A stretch of 64,000 nt of DNA from Azolla caroliniana (Eukaryota > Plantae > Polypodiophyta), in the NCBI GenBank assembly GCA_043228905.1, contig JBHGNT010000079.1, positions 1 through 64,000 on the forward strand. The letters run 5' to 3'. The number at the start of each line of letters is the position of its first letter. Position 1 is the first letter of the stretch. The translations under genes were made by a program, and so were the position numbers. Shown piece after piece: positions 40,736 through 52,769 of the stretch. The notes below the pieces were generated by a model, which saw nothing but the letters and a program-made list of their open reading frames with translations, made no database searches and was not told where the DNA came from.

Positions 40736-40948
40736 GACAGACAGACAAAACAGATCATCGATGGATGGATTGAATGAGGTGTGATTGGATCGAGAGAGAG
40801 AGAGAGAAGATTCTATGGTAATGAGACCAAGACAGACGGCCGATTGATCGATCCGAAAGGCAATGAGTCAGTCAGTCAGTCAAGAGTCTGCAGATGCCAA
40901 AAGAAGAAGAAGGCAGAAGAGTAATTCGTGGGGACAGAGAAGACGGAG

Positions 40949-42687
40949 ATGAAGCAGTCGCTGAGGGTTTACGCTGCGGTGCTGCGCCTTGTTCGTCTGC
41001 TTCCCTCTGAGACGCGCTCCTACTACGCAAGGTTCGCCAGGGAGAATTTCGCGACCTACAGAGACGAAGACGACGACGGTGTCATCTCCAACCTCTTCGA
41101 TCGATCTTACCAGCATTCCTGCTGGATCCTTACCAAGGTACTCTTCATCTCCTGTCCATCCATCCATCCATTCAATCAATCAATCCTTTCATGTGTGTCT
41201 GTGTCTGTGTCTCACCCTCTGTCTTTGATTCTCCTTTTTTCTCTCAGTCAATTGTATCAGAGATTCTTCTTCCATACATTTTGCTCATACATCTCTCTTC
41301 ATCCTTTTTGTTCCTGGCCTTTCTTTGGCTGATTTGCTGAAAATACCTTGCATTCCTCTGCAAGGTATTCACCTGCGTCTACATAATAATTTCTGCTCTT
41401 CTTCAGTTCAATTTGTAGACGCCTTTTCTTATTTCTCTATCCTGTTATCACGGTCTGTTTTTGTTTCTTGTTCTCATAGATACTTCACTGTTTTATTTAC
41501 TTGCTTTCTTTAGCTTATCGAATGTAAATATTTCACATCTTGTCCTATTCACCTCTGCCAGATCTCTGTTTATCTTTTTTCTCTATTTTCCTCTTTTTTT
41601 TCCCACTGGGTTCATTTGTTTCTTTAATGCATCTCCCATTTCCTTGTTCCTTCTTTTTTGTCTGTGTCAAATCATCCTTTTTTTTTCTTTGGCATATCCG
41701 ATTCCGATCGTTATGCTTACTTTCCGTTTCTGATTCCTGGTTTTACTGTTTCTTCTTCCTGTTGCATTTCTGAATTCAAAAATTTTTATTTTCTTTCTTT
41801 CTCCTGGATGTCTGGATCAGATCTTCCATTTTTTTCCCTTTCAATGTACTCTTTTGCTTTATTTACTTCGTTTTTTACCTCTAAATTTCCAAAGCTTATT
41901 CAATTCTATCATTTTCTTACGATTGTTTCTTTAATGCTTCTCCCATTTCCTTTTTTTTTTTCTTGTCTATGTCAAATCTTTCCCATCCTTTTTTTTCTTT
42001 TCCGATCTTTATCCTTACTTTCCGTTTTTGTTTCTGGATTTTACTGTTTCTTCTTCCTGTTGCATATCTGAATTAAAAAAATTTCATTTTCTTTCTTTCT
42101 TCTGTATGTCTGGATCAGATCTTCCATTCTTTCCCTTCAATTTACATACTCTTTTGCTTCATCTATTTCGTTTTTTTCCCCTAAATTTCCAAAGCTTATT
42201 CAATTTTATCATTTTCTTACGATTATTTTGCTTGCCTGGCTAGTCTTTCATTTTCTTCTTTTCTTTTGCGTATCTGATTTGAATCTTCGACTTTATTCAT
42301 TTACTTTCTATAATTTATTCAAATATATATTTGTTTTTCTTCCGTCCTCTCTTCATATCTCATTCATATCTTGCATTTTCTATTTCCATGTCGCATTTAA
42401 ATATTTCATTCTCAGCCTTTTTCTGCATCTCTTGATTTCAGTTCATCCATTTTTTCGTCTCCTGTTTCCCTATTTTCTTTTTTCCTTCTGCATGTCTCAT
42501 TCATATCTGACACATTCTTTCCGCCATTTCCAAAGCTCACTCAATTCTATCGTTTTCCTCCACTATTTTTGTTTTAGGATAAGTGATTATGATCTTCTAT
42601 TTTATCCTTTCTTCTGTTATTTTGTAGTATGGAGTTGACACAGAAAAAGCGGATAATCTGAAGCAGATCTGCAAATCTTTCTCGTAG
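40949..42687 (+). CDS. LYR-motif (Complex 1 LYR family) protein, At3g19508/LYRM9-like, 82 aa, 2 exons
   Basis: Exon 1 40949-41137 MKQSLRVYAAVLRLVRLLPSETRSYYARFARENFATYR...DRSYQHSCWILTK. Exon 2 42628-42687 YGVDTEKADNLKQICKSFS*. GT-AG phase 0; in-frame TAA upstream at 40922. Confidence 0.88.
41617..42230. repeat. ~300-bp tandem duplication inside the pyrimidine-rich LYR intron
   Basis: Both halves share TTTTACTGTTTCTTCTTCCTGTTGCAT, ATGTCTGGATCAGATCTTCCATT and CTAAATTTCCAAAGCTTATTCAATT.TATCATTTTCTTACGATT. Confidence 0.85.
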
Positions 42688-44007
42688 ACTACTAGTATGT
42701 CCTCTTTCCTATACGTTGCTATTTACCTTCTTCCAAGCTTGGATTAGTGGTAGAACTTTCAGACATAATTGTATGGTTAGATAATATAGTATTCGAAAAT
42801 GAGATAGAATGTTGCTGCATTTGCATTCTTTACATGCTTCCTCTTCTATTGTTTCATTCCTATTTAAGAGTGTTTTTTTGCTCACTAGGAACCAGTGCTG
42901 AGCTTTAGATTTGTGAAACGCTCTATTATTTGACTGATACGCATGAACCATATGCTCTGATTGTGTTCTAAACTTGGGACATAACAGGTCAGGCATAGCT
43001 CAAAGAGAGAGAGGTCCTTCAAATGATCGTTTAGGAAGGATGGCTTCAAATTAGAGTTTAGGAAACTGTTCGACAAACAATACTCAGAAATGGGCCAGAT
43101 ATGGCCTTTGCGTTTGAATTGTATTTAACAGTATATATACTCTTTTTGATGAATTGCAATGCCTCTACATAGAGATGATGAACAATCTAGTAAAGACTCT
43201 GAGAATTCAACTGTTAATACATGCGCAATGCTTGGGGTAGGCCATTAATTGGCCACCAACCACCACAGTGCTGCGTTCTTCATCGACAATCTTATGTCAT
43301 GGCACCATGAACCTGTTATGATTTTTTCTCTATCTACTTATCCTAACCCTATTCTAGGGGAATTAGGGAACACAACCATGTTTTTTTTCTTGTTTTCTAC
43401 ATTTACACATGTACTAAAAAAAAAAAACTCTCATCTTTCGGATGCTAACACCAATTCGACATGGAATTCCCACCATCATTCAATGATTACGACAGATCGG
43501 CAGGCAAGTACATATACATACCATACATACATGCATACAAATACAGATATATTCATCTATCATTGAAACATATGCGGTGATACAGTGTTGGGCATGAGTC
43601 TATGAACAGCCCATCTGCTCTACATGAACAACACATATGTCCTTTTAATGGGGACATCTCTTTCCTCAAAAAAAGGCTGTCAAAGCAGGTAATGCTGAGA
43701 GAGAGAGAGACCATTCATCCTGATGTCTTTTTAGTAGAAAAGGTACTCTTGAAAATGACCAGAACTCTTTAAGAGTTAGGTGGCATTAGTGGCGGGTGCT
43801 GCCACCATAGCCAGTGGTTGTTATGCCACTATTGTCACTTCTGAATCATAGTGAAAATGTATTCATGGATACCACCCTTGAATTTGTCTTCACTACTTCA
43901 ATGTTTGCATGCCTGACAAAAGTTAACCCTGCCTTTCCCTTTCCAATGAAAGGGTGTGGTCCTCTGCTTTTATGGTTCCTTACAAAGCTGTTCCTCCTTT
44001 CCTACTC

Positions 44008-44244
44008 AGGTAATCGGCAATGGTTGAGTTTCTGCTTAACCGGTTTTGGCTTTCTCCGAACCAAACTGGTTAAGCCTCAACCAGTTTTGAGTGTTTTCAA
44101 ATCTTGAACCAAACCGGTTCCTAAACCAGTTTATTACACGGTTCTGTGCAAACCGTGTAAGCCTGAGCCAAATTGAACCGCCAAACCGTTTAAAATGGTT
44201 TAAGGGCTCAGTTCAGGCTTGAGCTGAGTTGTTGCCGACTCCTC
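44008..44244. mobile_element. Second, shorter and more degenerate hAT-like MITE related to 4982-5406
   Basis: Ends ..TAATCGGCAAT and GTTGCCGACT match the AGTCGGCAAC TIR core. Internal AACCG/CGGTT repeats. No clear TSD. Confidence 0.7.
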
Positions 44245-44749
44245 GAAAAGGATTCCTTTTCGAGATGTTTGTGTTCACATTATCACAAGTTGGTTGATGA
44301 ATGATAAGATGCACAATTCATTTTGAGAGGGTCTTTTTTTTATGTTGTATCGATTGTAGATCAATCTAAAAATGGCATACAAAGAATTCGATTTTCTCTA
44401 AATGTTATTTTTATGTGATAGCAACTTGTTATTTGTGGTGGTTGGTTGGTTACTCTATTATTTTGTGTGCTGTTGGGTCTCGAAATCACTCTCTTCTAGC
44501 CTATGTTATGTTTTGCACCTTAACCAAATTACAGGATAGCCTACATTACACTTTGTATCTTAAATCTTCTGTATCTCCTGTTAAACCAAATTCTTCTTTA
44601 ATTTTGTCCATCTCCTAATGCAAAACCTCAAAAGATTACATCCTCACGTACATGGATCTGACACATTTGCAAGACAATGAAAGTCAACTGAATCTCACAC
44701 ACCTACAGTGACATAGCAGTTTATGTGATAATATTGTCAGCAACAATAG

Positions 44750-45062
44750 TCCAATGAACCAAAGTTTTTGCTTGTTTTTTGAGTCATTTTATAGATGGAA
44801 GTCTTTTCCAATGGACCTAAGTTTTTGCTAGTTTTTCGAGTGATTTTATAGATGAAGTCACCAAGTTACGCTAACCCTCAAGAAATAAATGGTATGAAAG
44901 TTTTGGGTACCCTCGAGAAAACATGCACAAATGTTGCACAAGTAATAAATAGGTATGAAAGTTTTGGGGGTCCTCAAATAAAACATGCACAAATGTTCCA
45001 CAAGGAATAAATAGTATGAAAGTTTTGGGTATCCTCAATTAAAACATGTGCAAATGTTTGCA
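44750..45062. repeat. Two adjacent short tandem arrays (~60 bp x2, then ~61 bp x3)
   Basis: CCAATG.ACC.AAGTTTTTGCT.GTTTTT.GAGT.ATTTTATAGATG x2; ATAAAT..GTATGAAAGTTTTGGG..CCTC....AAACATG..CAAATGTT x3. Confidence 0.85.
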
Positions 45063-45221
45063 TGTGATGGACATAAATAATTGGAATTTGGAAGATCATT
45101 TTACATATTTTAGTAATAATTAGGTTCTCTCTCTATACCATAGCATCAAAGTCATTAAATTGAGAAAACTTAGGTATGATCCGTTCCATTGGCTAGGCCC
45201 CATCTCGTAGATTGCAATTGG

Positions 45222-45254
<33 letters not shown>

Positions 45255-45519
45255 TTGTGTGTGTGTGTGTGTGTTTCCAATGAATTGAATACAGTATACA
45301 CTCGTAATTTTTTTTTTATGTTTTTGCAAATTTCCAATCAATTTTATTATCAATGACTCAAGAAAGGTGGAGAAACTTTTGTGGGTCTGTATCCAAGAGC
45401 ACATAAACAAATCAAATGTATACATGACCATTGAAATGACTTTAAGTTTATGGTGCACTAGTATTTTAAGAACTTTTGGGCTCAACCTCGAGGCAATACA
45501 ACCCTCAAAGCCATTTTCT

Positions 45520-48500
45520 ATGATAGACTAAGTGGTATGAAGGAAATATCTTGTTTGGATGTGAATGGGTAATAGATTATAGTTATTTATTCCTAAGATG
45601 GGCCCATATAGATAAACATGAGAATTGGACCCTTACAATTGGTTTGTATTGTTGATATGGAAAAATGTTTCTCTACAAAATAAAATAGAATGTGAAAGAA
45701 CTTCACAAGAGAGTTAGTTTATAATGTCAAAATTTAACATGGATAAATGTTATCTTATGTGGAGGCCCACTGACTCGAGAAAGGGAGAGGACGACCATTG
45801 TTGGATAAAGGCTAATCGTTGTCTTTTTACTCCATTGGATCCACCCATGAGGCCATCGTATTGGCTCTTTAGAGTGGCTACAACATCATTCCATATCTCA
45901 TGCAATAACACTGTTTAATCTACAGTTTGATTGAAAAAGACCCGTCTACACCGTTGTTTCCAGATAATTTAAAGAGCTATTGGGCTAACTAATTCTAGGA
46001 CAACTTGAGCTTTGGCATTAATGGGAGTTGATTGGATATTGTCAATGGTGGAAAACAAAATCCCTTGTGCCTTTATCATCCCCTCCTCCCGATGTTGTAT
46101 TTGTCAACTGGGGCCTGCCATGATAACCAACATACATCCCCCCACTTGATTGTGCCTTGCACCCGGTATAATTGCAATAGGCGGACAACCCCTGCCATAT
46201 TCGATGGGTCTTTGGGTAGTCCCACAAAGCACGTCTGATTGACTCTATTTCATTTGGGCACACAACCACGCTCCAACCAGTATTGACCTATGTATTACTA
46301 GCCATTGATTGGAGCGTGGTAATTCGCCTAGCGTGGTGTTGTTTCTATTTTTTGCCAAAACTTGGTAATAATTACATGGGGAACATGATATGTGTGCCAA
46401 ATCTTTGCAACAACCGGCTCTTGGGCGGTTTGAGCAACTAGAATGTGGCTTCCCAATCTAGTCATGAATTGGAAGAAAGGGATGACTTTGTTCCTAGACC
46501 CGCATAAGAATCGTGCCACGTCTATTGCAAAGGGGCCCAACTTACCTTACATAGTCATGTGTTTTCATGAATACACTTGTCATTCTGGTTTTACTATGAT
46601 CGGCTAGGGGTCTACAATCCATTTACGGCCTGTATATGCAAATACTTGAATTGCCATGTTTGATGTTGGTACCTCATTGTCTTATAGTTCATGACCTTGG
46701 ATCATATCCGGTGTTTCCCTACCTCTTGGGATCAAGGAGCCCTCCTCCTCGTATCCTATCCACTTCTTTGTTGTGTTTGTTTGATTAACAACTTCCCCAA
46801 GCAATGGAGCGTTCATAATTTCAAATCTCATAGTCCATCCGAAAAGAAGAATGTTTTCTGTTTTAATGCTACTCACTTAAAGTCATAGTACAAGCAAATT
46901 ATGGTGTCCAAAGTGTGGGGTCTTGTAATCTATGGGAATGTTACATAGTGAGGGCCTTTGAGTTTACATGGATTTCTAATTATTCTTCATGGAGATGCAA
47001 ATATTTTGATGTTAACATGTTTACAAATGTTAACTTTAAATGTAATAAGTATGCTAGTAAGAAGATGAAGAAGAACATCAAAATATAATGAATTAGTCAT
47101 GGAGAACAACTAACAATTCTTGGATGGTTTTGTATGGATAAAGGATGGTCACAAATGGATTCATACAAACATGTTGGCCCCAATATCAAGTATATAACAT
47201 TTTCAATAGATTATGGGGCCCCACACTTTGAACTCTTCGACATTAATATTCATCACAAATGGGTCATGGATGGTCACAAGTGGGCCATTGTGACGTAATA
47301 AATCATGTTTCCAAAGTCGTACACACGGTTTGGTTTTGCGAGATTGTTTATGGCTTAGTTAAACCCTCTACAAGAAAATGTATAAGCTTATTTGTTCATA
47401 TTGTTGTCATTTATGTCTAAGATGGATTATGTAGGTGAACACTAGAACTCGACCCTCTCTATAGGTTTGTATCGTTGATATGCAAAAATGCTTTCGCACA
47501 AAAATAAAGTAACTGTTCCACAAGTAGTGTAGGCTTATTTGTTCACATTATTGACATTTATTTCTATATGGGGTTATGTAGATGAATGCTCGAATCAGAT
47601 CCTTTCTATTGGTTTGTATAGTTTATATGGAAAACCGTCTTTGCACAAATTAAAGTAAAACAACTCTAGAGAGTATGAGTTTATAATTTCAAATTTCTAG
47701 ATGGATATTATTAATTGACAAGAAGAATGTTTTCAATTGTACTAATACCTACATAGCACAATGTGTACTAAGAATATCAATGTTGAGGGGGTTATGGGGT
47801 GGGGATCACAGGGTGGGGTTCCAAATCTAAGGGAAGCTTAATTAGTCACATTGGGCCCTTCGAGTTTCATATGGACTTTTAATTATTCATCATATAAATG
47901 CAAATATGGTTTTGTTAGAATGGTGTATGCCTTAGTTAAACACTCCATTAGAAATAGTATAGGCTTATTTGTTCATATTATTGCCATTTATTTCTAAAGA
48001 TGGATCATGTAGGTGACCATTAGAATTGGACCCTTTCCATTGGTTTCTATGTTGATATAGAAAATTGCTTTCCTACAAAGTAAAACATAAAAGAACCTTA
48101 GAACTTGAATTATAATGTCAAATTTTGACTTGGATAGTTATTAGTTGAAAAGAAGAGTGTTTTCCGTTTTAGAACTACTTACAGTAAATACAACATAAAA
48201 ATATTAATGTTGAGAAGTTACGGGGTGGAGTTCAAAGTGTGGCAAAATAAGTTTTTAGTTGTTCGTTATAGAGATGCAAAATAGTCCATGTTAAACATGT
48301 TTGGAAGCATTACTTTTTAAAATGATTGTCGATAAGCATGCTAGTAAAAAGAGAAAGAATTGAATTGCCATTGATTGATTGACTATGGGCAAGTCATGGA
48401 ATTATCATATGTATTGATCATGGATGGATTGAACATATGGGGCATCGTGACCTAACCAAGAAAATGTGTATTCAAAGTTGTTCGCAATATTAGTTTCATT

Positions 48501-48600
48501 AGTAACAATTAGTGAGTTTAGTTTACCTCATAGTTAAACCCTCCATTGGAAACAATGTAGGCTTATTTGTTGAGATAGAGTAGACTTATTTGCTGAGATA
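45520..48600. repeat. Degenerate long-period tandem/nested repeat array, interrupted by the LINE fragment
   Basis: Module GCTTATTTGTTCA.ATT.TTG.CATTTAT.TCTAA.ATGG..ATGTAG.TGA...AGAA...GACCCT...T.GGTTTGTAT.GTTGATAT at ~45585, ~47385, ~47530 and ~47960. Module ATAAT.TCAAAT...AAGAAGA.TGTTTTC at ~46815, ~47683 and ~48112. Confidence 0.7.
45750..46810 (-). mobile_element. Old, decayed LINE 3' fragment (zf-RVT and C-terminal tail) of the same clade as the window-end LINEs
   Basis: Minus-strand translations align to ORF 974..2812: VIPFFQFMTRLGSHIL vs LCHFFEYSTKLGRTL; IWHTYHVPHVIITKFWQKI vs GWQTLGIPDEVLITFWKGL; CPNEIESIRRALWDYPKTHRIW vs CSSPIESLRHCLWDCPQAQKVW; EIWNDVVATLKSQYDGLMGGSNGVKRQRLAFIQQWSSSPF vs DIWFALISCLQGQLDEVCNHSNDVATARLRFWQKWRNTPL. 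Confidence 0.8.
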
Positions 48601-50868
48601 GAATCACTTTAAATTGGCATTAAGCTAAACTCACAAATAAAAATCAGAACATTTGCATGCAAGCCATTTTGATTTTCTTTGCTTGATCACGATTCCCACA
48701 ATCAAAATTTGGGCCCTCCATAAACGATCTACCCCTTAGTTGCTTAGCATACAACAATATACATAAAAAGGAAGAAGAATTTTTTCATATACTATTTATT
48801 GTTCCTCAAATACTATATCTTATTACGAGAAAGTATAGTTGATTGATGTCGTGATTATGTCAAAATAGTACGACTTAATTACCAATCCAAGATCAATCAT
48901 ATATTGGCATTCATATTAGTTTGAGCTCTCACACATGGTTAATAACATTATGCTCCCAAGAAACTATGGAATTCCTTACCACTTTCCACACTATCCCAAC
49001 ATTCAAAACAACGTCATTGCCTTTAAAAGATAATTTTGTGAGCAATATGTTTAGAGAAGCTTTTACTTAAAATACTATTTCAAGATATGTAAGACAATTA
49101 TATACAATTTTTTATCGAATCATGTAGCAATATCAATATTCGCACATATGCATATGAGGTTCTAAAGGCCTCAAAAAATTGAAGGAGTACGAAAAAGAAG
49201 GATCGTATCGTATTATATGTTTTAATCCTTGGAGCTCGAGCCCATGGGAGCTTCCCTTAATGTTTTCATTGAGAATTTATTTTGGCAAGCAAGTGGCATA
49301 GATGCGCTGCTAAACTCAAGAGCAGGACATACAATAGCTTTTTTTATCAACATTCATTATGTCATTCGAACTTAACAAAACTATAGAAACACATTACATA
49401 GAACTAATTACAATTCAAATTACTATAAGGATATGGCTACCTTAACAATGAGAACCATCAGAACAAAAGTACAATGAGAACTAACGTCATTACACATTTG
49501 TTGCTTTTTTCTAATAATTAAAAAAATAACCTTTCATTCAGCACTTAATTGGAACAAAGAAAACTTACAAGGGTCATGAAACGGATTCATGGATGAGTCA
49601 TTGAAAGTGTAAAAACACAATTTTAAAAGCTTGTCTTTCATTATTCTTTTCCCTAAATTCATCTACCCCTTGTTTTCATTCATGAAACTCTCAACCACGT
49701 AGTTCTTTTGTTTTCATTAAAGTCGTGTATCATAATTTGCAAACCATAACAAATCAAACACCTACTTGTTACCCAGTTTCCTAATTACTTAAATCCGTCA
49801 CTATATTATGCATTGAAATGCGACAAGAGAATGGTAAATTGTTTACTTAAAATCATGTGAAGTTCTTAATGCTAGTTTCTTTCATCAAAATAGACATCTA
49901 CATGTTATGTGCATGTACCACAATATAATGCATTACTTCTACCATTTTCTAAATACATAAATTGTGTTGTATATGCTCAAATTCGATGACTTATGTGTAA
50001 TTTTCTATTGGTTAAACATTGTCTTTATTGGGGTGTCTTGTTGTTAGTGGAAGCTCCTATGACATGTTTTAACAATCCAATATGTCAAAAGGTAAAGTTG
50101 TGGTGAACGAGTGCCTCCTCAAACTTTCGGGTAACATATTCACTTTCACTCAACAATCACAAAAGGTACCATTGGTTGTTCTCACACTTCATGATTGAGA
50201 AATGCCCCTCTACTATTGTAACATGTCTCTCACACCAGTAGGAAATGACATTATCGGCCACAACTCTCAACACATCTTCTCTCCTCTCTACAAATTTTTG
50301 GCCTTAGAAGACGTTAATATATCTTTCGTTTCTTTCTTTCTTTCTACATATACAACAAGTAAAGAAGCACACGTATCTTTCATTCAAATTGTTTTTCTTC
50401 TAATGTCAGAAGTGCATAGCTAGAGCTTTCAAAAGTTACGTTTTTGTTTCCGTCTTCCAACCAATGTGAATAACTTCTTTCAAAGTGTAGGACTTCCTAT
50501 TGGAGACAAACACTTTTATATGTTTAAAAACTAACGCATGATACATACGTAGCATTTATTCGATTTTGCCTTCCATAAAGCTCCCATGAGCTTCGCATGT
50601 ACCACAAAATAGAATCTAGTTTTCGACAAAACTATCACAATATGTCTTATGGTTATATAACACAATTTAGACCACCTAAATTGGAATCCACCTCACATGG
50701 GCCCGTAGTTCAAGTTTCCAAAATAAAATTGTGAAACTTCACAATATGTATGCAATACAAAAAAGATTGTCTATCAAATACATTAAGAGTGATATTCAAC
50801 ATAATGGTGCCCTTTGGGGTTGTCAAGTTCAATAAAAGAAAAATGAAGTGAACACATAAAATAAAATT

Positions 50869-51181
50869 GGGAAAAGTACCAGGATACCCCTAGAAGTCCG
50901 TCTATTTACCAAAATGCCCCTATAAGTTCCAAATTTACCAAACTACCCCTATGTCCAAAAAATTACACCTTATAAAGTAATTATACACTCAAATCTACAA
51001 GCCCTATTTACCAAAGATCGAAGAAATGGACCCAAACTAGCCCTATTTACCAAAGATTTGAGTGTATAATTACTTTATAAAGTGTAATTTTTTGGACATA
51101 GGGGTAGTTTGGTAAATTTGGAACTTCCAGGGGCATTCTAGTAAATAGACGAACTTCCAGGGGTATCCTGGTACTTTTCCC
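50869..51181. mobile_element. Mutator-like (MULE) foldback MITE, 313 bp
   Basis: ~128-bp near-perfect TIRs, GGGAAAAGTACCAGGATACCCCT... / ...AGGGGTATCCTGGTACTTTTCCC. Perfect 9-bp TSD AATAAAATT at 50860-50868 and 51182-51190. Confidence 0.95.
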
Positions 51182-52261
51182 AATAAAATTTTGGTTCTAC
51201 TCAAGTTTAAAACCATGTAATGCATTTGTGGGAAATGATCACTCTTGTATTAGTCTTGTGATTGACATATGCATTTTTTATATTTGTTTGTACGTTGAAT
51301 GATTTTCCTAGAGTTGTCCTTGGATGTTCGTATGTGTCATATACATCCAATTGTATTGCAAACGGTATTTTTGCTAAACGCTACATAAGACTTTCACCTT
51401 GCATTGGGTTTTCATGAGAAAGAATGGTCAATTTCCTTTTAATGAAGTAAAATCCACATCTTGATGCTAAGAATCCCATAACGAGTGAATATTTATGAGG
51501 ACCCAACCTGATGGGCTTTCCCTAAAGTTTACCTCCTTCGTGTGTCCTTCGCCTCCTAAATAAATTCATTTCTCTAGTATACCAAGGGATCGTTTACAAG
51601 TTCTACAATCCTCTTGATGTTTATCATTCAAGTGCCACACCATTCACTAGCCTCTCTTCTCAAGTTTCCCCTATTTTATATGCCTTCACACTTCAGTTAG
51701 AAATAAGTTTCTTAATTTCTTTCCAATTATTTCAAGCTCCCTTTGATCCTAGCCTAATGGTTTTTATCTCAACTGATGACCCGCACAAGTCTATTACTTG
51801 TACTCAATTTGGCATGTGTAGCATACTTCTAAATCCATGGGCTAGATATTTATTTACATTTGCCCGTCACAGATAGTTTTGTGTAACCATTTCAAAAATT
51901 ATGACGGGGGTTATCATTAGGGTTTCATTCCAACCAAGAGATAGGCATAAGATGTTAGTTAGAATGTACATGAACGTAGCTTGATAATGAATCAACTATG
52001 TCGAAGTTTGGTTTTACTTCCATTTCACCTATAGGCAAATGATCATCTTCTCTAAACTTGTGTGCATTTTCTTGATTGTTCATAAGATGATGGAAATTGA
52101 AAGAAAACAAATTTGAAGTACTAGCAATTGTTGGGAGGTGTGATGATATATTGACGTTCACATTGTTTGCAAAAGTGTGAATCTTTTTGAAAGTGTCAAG
52201 GGGAAGGGTGGACATGAAATTGAGATCAATTTCAATCTCAATTTTTTTTTTATCGTAATTA

Positions 52262-52325
52262 GCTTACCCTAGTGGTAAGTTGTTATACACTACCAGCACT
52301 ATGTCTAGGGTTCGAAACCCAATTT
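52262..52325 (+). other. Degenerate tRNA-derived (SINE-like) head with Pol III A/B boxes
   Basis: TACCCTAGTGG (A-box-like) and GGTTCGAAACCC (B-box) at tRNA-like spacing (~34 nt). No foldable acceptor or anticodon stem. Confidence 0.45.
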
Positions 52326-52403
52326 CTCACCTCTCTATTAGATACTCCATATATATCTCTTAATTCACTAGATGCCACTATGGAATGTAGGGGTTGAACC
52401 CAT

Positions 52404-52421
52404 GACCACTTGGTCTCCATT

Positions 52422-52455
<34 letters not shown>

Positions 52456-52733
52456 GTGTGTGTGCGCACATGGTCTTTATGAATATGTAGTAGCATACAA
52501 AACATAAGAGAGACCACTTGGTCTCCATTGGTCTCTCTCTCTCTCTCTCTCTCTTATGTGTGTGTGTGTGTGTGTGTGCGCGCGCATGGTCTTTATGAAT
52601 ATGTAGTAGCATACAAAACATAAGAGAGACCACTTGGTCTCCATTGGTCTCTCTCTCTCTCTCTCTCTTATGTGTGTGTGTGTGCGCGCGCATGGTCTTT
52701 ATGAATATGTAGTAGCATACAAAACATAAGAGA
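52404..52733. repeat. Tandem triplication of a ~106-116 bp unit containing (CT)n and (GT)n
   Basis: Units start GACCACTTGGTCTCCATTGGT at 52404, 52512 and 52628. Unique parts are near-identical; microsatellite lengths differ. Confidence 0.95.
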
Positions 52734-52769
52734 GATGATGGATAAAATATATTTTTAATGTCCACCAAG

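Noticed and set aside
41325-42638. Several 60-137 aa Phe/Leu/Ser-rich ORFs that look like membrane proteins
   Set aside because: Artefact of a T/C-rich intron lacking stop codons; the LYR exons splice cleanly across it.
44880-45062. Regularly spaced repeats resembling a CRISPR array
   Set aside because: Whole units are repeated with no unique spacers, there are no cas genes, and the context is eukaryotic.
49229-50596. Short inverted match (CATGGGAGCTT / AAGCTCCCATG) as a miR319-like precursor or TIR
   Set aside because: Arms are 1.3 kb apart, there is no mature miR159/319 sequence and no TSD was found.
51400-52215. Possible decayed LINE ORF1 (DUF4283-like) on the minus strand
   Set aside because: Only vague similarity across frameshifts; cannot be supported without a profile search.
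52262-52325. Functional tRNA gene
   Set aside because: Only the A/B boxes fit; acceptor and anticodon stems do not pair.
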